Assembly (NCBI RefSeq): GCF_035594765.1
Contig: NC_085842.1
Span: 206,781,747-206,845,746 of the forward strand
Direction of reading: 5' to 3'
DNA from: Anolis carolinensis
Lineage: Eukaryota
DNA: 64,000 nt
Shown: positions 61,894 to 64,000 of the stretch, one piece after another
Layout: every line of letters begins with the position of its first letter
Position numbering within the stretch: position 1 is the first letter of the stretch
The notes under the pieces: generated by a model
Told to the model about the DNA's origin: nothing
What the model saw: only the letters and a program-made list of their open reading frames with translations
The model's database searches: none
Program-made: the position numbers and the translations under genes

Positions 61894-62028
61894 CAGTGGT
61901 TCTCAAGCTGTGGGTCCTCAGGTGTTTTGGCCTTCAATTCCCTAAAACCCTAACAGCTGGTAAACTGGCTGGGATTTCAGGGAGGTGTGGAACAAAACAC
62001 CTGGGGACCCACAGGTGGAGAACCACTG
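61894..62028. mobile_element. Same hAT MITE family
   Basis: TSD TTTTAAAT on both sides. Confidence 0.88.
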
Positions 62029-62225
62029 TTTTAAATGCAATAATTTAAAGGACCCTTGGTTTGTTTAGCTTGGTACTGTGAGAGGTTGGCCAACATAATC
62101 ATCTTGCCCCATTTGAATCCCCCGAAAGATCAGATACTTAGAGGGAAGGACCTACTGTATTACCCAATGGAGCGAATGAGCCTGGCTGAAGGGTTTGAGC
62201 TCCAATTCTCTGCTGTCTTCCTCAG

Positions 62226-62348
62226 GCAGGTTTCCAGAAGGCCATGGAGCTGGTTGGCAAGGAGTTCATGGACCGCTTGGATTACTATTACCACGCCTGG
62301 ATTCCTGCACGCAGCCTTGTAGAGAAGGCCATCCAGCAGCGCTTTGAG
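62226..62348 (+). CDS. MYG1: MYG1 exon 5
   Basis: ctcAG|AGFQKAMELVGKEFMDRLDYYYHAWIPARSLVEKAIQQRFE|GTaccc. Confidence 0.95.
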
Positions 62349-63420
62349 GTACCCATGACTTCCTCCGGCATCTTTCTCATATGATTTCAAAAGATTGGGC
62401 AAGGTGTAAGGCAGGCCTGCAACAACCCGGTGGCCCTCCAGGTGTTTTGGACTTCAGCTCCCAGAATCCCTGGCCATTAGACAAGCTGGCCAGGGCTTCT
62501 GGGAATGGAGTCCCAAACATCTGGAGGGCCACAGGTCTGGTGTACAGTATAAGTAGTCTATGTTGTTACAACTTGCATCAGCCCTGGATGGTGACAAGAG
62601 AGAACTATTCCCAACAAATCTGAAAGCCATGAATGCCCTGGGGTACATCCATATTACACTATCAAAGTGCTTTGATCCCACTTTGTAGGCACAAGAACTC
62701 TCTGGCAGAGAATTCTGTCTATCATTGTATTTCTTGTACCATCAAAACATGAGAATTCATCATATAATACACAACACAAAAAGTATAAAATAGAAAACGG
62801 AGCAAGTAGCTATTCAGTTTTTTGTAATCTTGAAATGTAATAAATGTACTGGTATCATGACAATTTAAAGTGTTCTCAAAGCACTATAATAGCCAGGTAT
62901 AGATGTTATCAGGTTCATCAATACACTTTTCCACATCCTTTAAAACACTCTGTTGTAAGTCCACACTGACCTCTTATAAAGAAGCAACTCCCACAAAGGT
63001 AATTGTATAAATTTTGATGTAATGCATGATGTGAACTAATTTGCTGTCTGTGCATAGCTAAGACAATAGAAATGAAATGACACACAGAGCAGCCCAAAAG
63101 CCGTTATTTTTGTTATCACTCTAATGGAGGTCTACTTTTAACTTCTCAGTTATTAAGATTATTAGCAGAAAGTTACATATTTCCATGTCTCCCTCCAATA
63201 TAATCATGAATACTGTATTTGGAAGCTAAAAGAAAGAGGCAAAGGCCTCTCTCAGCGGACAGTGTCATTAGACTTTCCAGAGTGTAAACTCATAGAAAAT
63301 GCCATTTGCCCTGATGTCAAGTGTGAGTAGAAAGTTATTCTACTCATAGCGTATCCTGGCATATGAGCCCCTGACATGGTGTGGCCCTGAATGACATTGA
63401 CAGGTCTTTTTCATTGACAG

Positions 63421-63602
63421 GTCGACCCCAGTGGTGAAATTCTGGTCTTGGCCCAAGGTGGTTGCCCATGGAAGGAGCACCTTTTCACCCTGGAGCAAGA
63501 GATGGACTTGAAGAAGCCTCTGAAATTCATCTTGTACACAGACCAGGGTGGCCAGTGGCGAGTGCAGTGTGTTCCCGCTGGCTTGCACACTTTCCAAAAC
63601 CG
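63421..63602 (+). CDS. MYG1: MYG1 exon 6 (gene continues past the window)
   Basis: gacAG|VDPSGEILVLAQGGCPWKEHLFTLEQEMDLKKPLKFILYTDQGGQWRVQCVPAGLHTFQN(R)|GTaagc. Confidence 0.95.
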
Positions 63603-63740
63603 GTAAGCAGGGATCCCAAGTGCCCTCGCCATTGTTTCATGTCTGAGGGTGGCAATGGTGGGAGAATGCTCTGGTAATGACCCAGATCTTCATCTTATGA
63701 TAAAGGAAAAACCAGGGAAGATTTTGGTTTCACCTTAAAG

Positions 63741-63875
63741 CAATGGTTCTCAGCCTGTGGGTCCCCAGATGTTTTGGCCTTCAACTCCCAGAAATCCTAA
63801 CAGCTGGTAAATTGGCTGGGATTTCTGGGGGTTGTAGGCCAAAACATCTGAGGACCCACAGGTTGAGAACCACTG
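63741..63875. mobile_element. Same hAT MITE family
   Basis: TSD CCTTAAAG/TCTTAAAG. Confidence 0.88.
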
Positions 63876-64000
63876 TCTTAAAGGGTTGTGAGTATATCAT
63901 TTGAAGTGCAGAGAAGTTGGAGGAAACTGGACAAGGGAAGATGGAAGATACGACAAAGCACATCCACAAAGGCTAAGATCCTCCTTGTTTTGAAGGAGAC

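Overview
This is eukaryotic (vertebrate) genomic DNA. The repeat content (Sauria SINEs, CR1, L2, R4/Dong, Penelope, Vingi, RTE, SPIN/OC1-like hAT MITEs) indicates a squamate, most likely an Anolis lizard. Five intron-containing genes were reconstructed by hand from splice sites and reading frames: the last 10 coding exons of PFKM (+, 163-12389); complete ASB8 (-, CDS 16441-21904, promoter near 26.5 kb); a two-coding-exon, 7-finger, KRAB-less C2H2 zinc-finger gene resembling the N-terminal array of ZNF629 (+, 35615-37626); complete PFDN5 (-, 40542-50390); and exons 1-6 of MYG1 (+, 51433-63602, runs off the window). Introns and intergenic DNA are packed with often nested transposons. Highlights: (1) minimal hammerhead-ribozyme motifs in Penelope repeats, with one intact core and one spacer-less 200-bp fold-back pair; (2) a 32-nt PFDN5 micro-exon between a GC-AG intron and a U12 minor intron; (3) a head-to-head PFDN5/MYG1 arrangement next to PFKM-ASB8; (4) CTG at the position of the mammalian ASB8 start codon plus an ATG-TGA start-stop element; (5) TAA-microsatellite-targeted R4 LINEs; (6) a solo LTR. 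Gene and TE family names come from recalled sequence similarity, not from database searches. Repeat boundaries are approximate unless a TSD is quoted.
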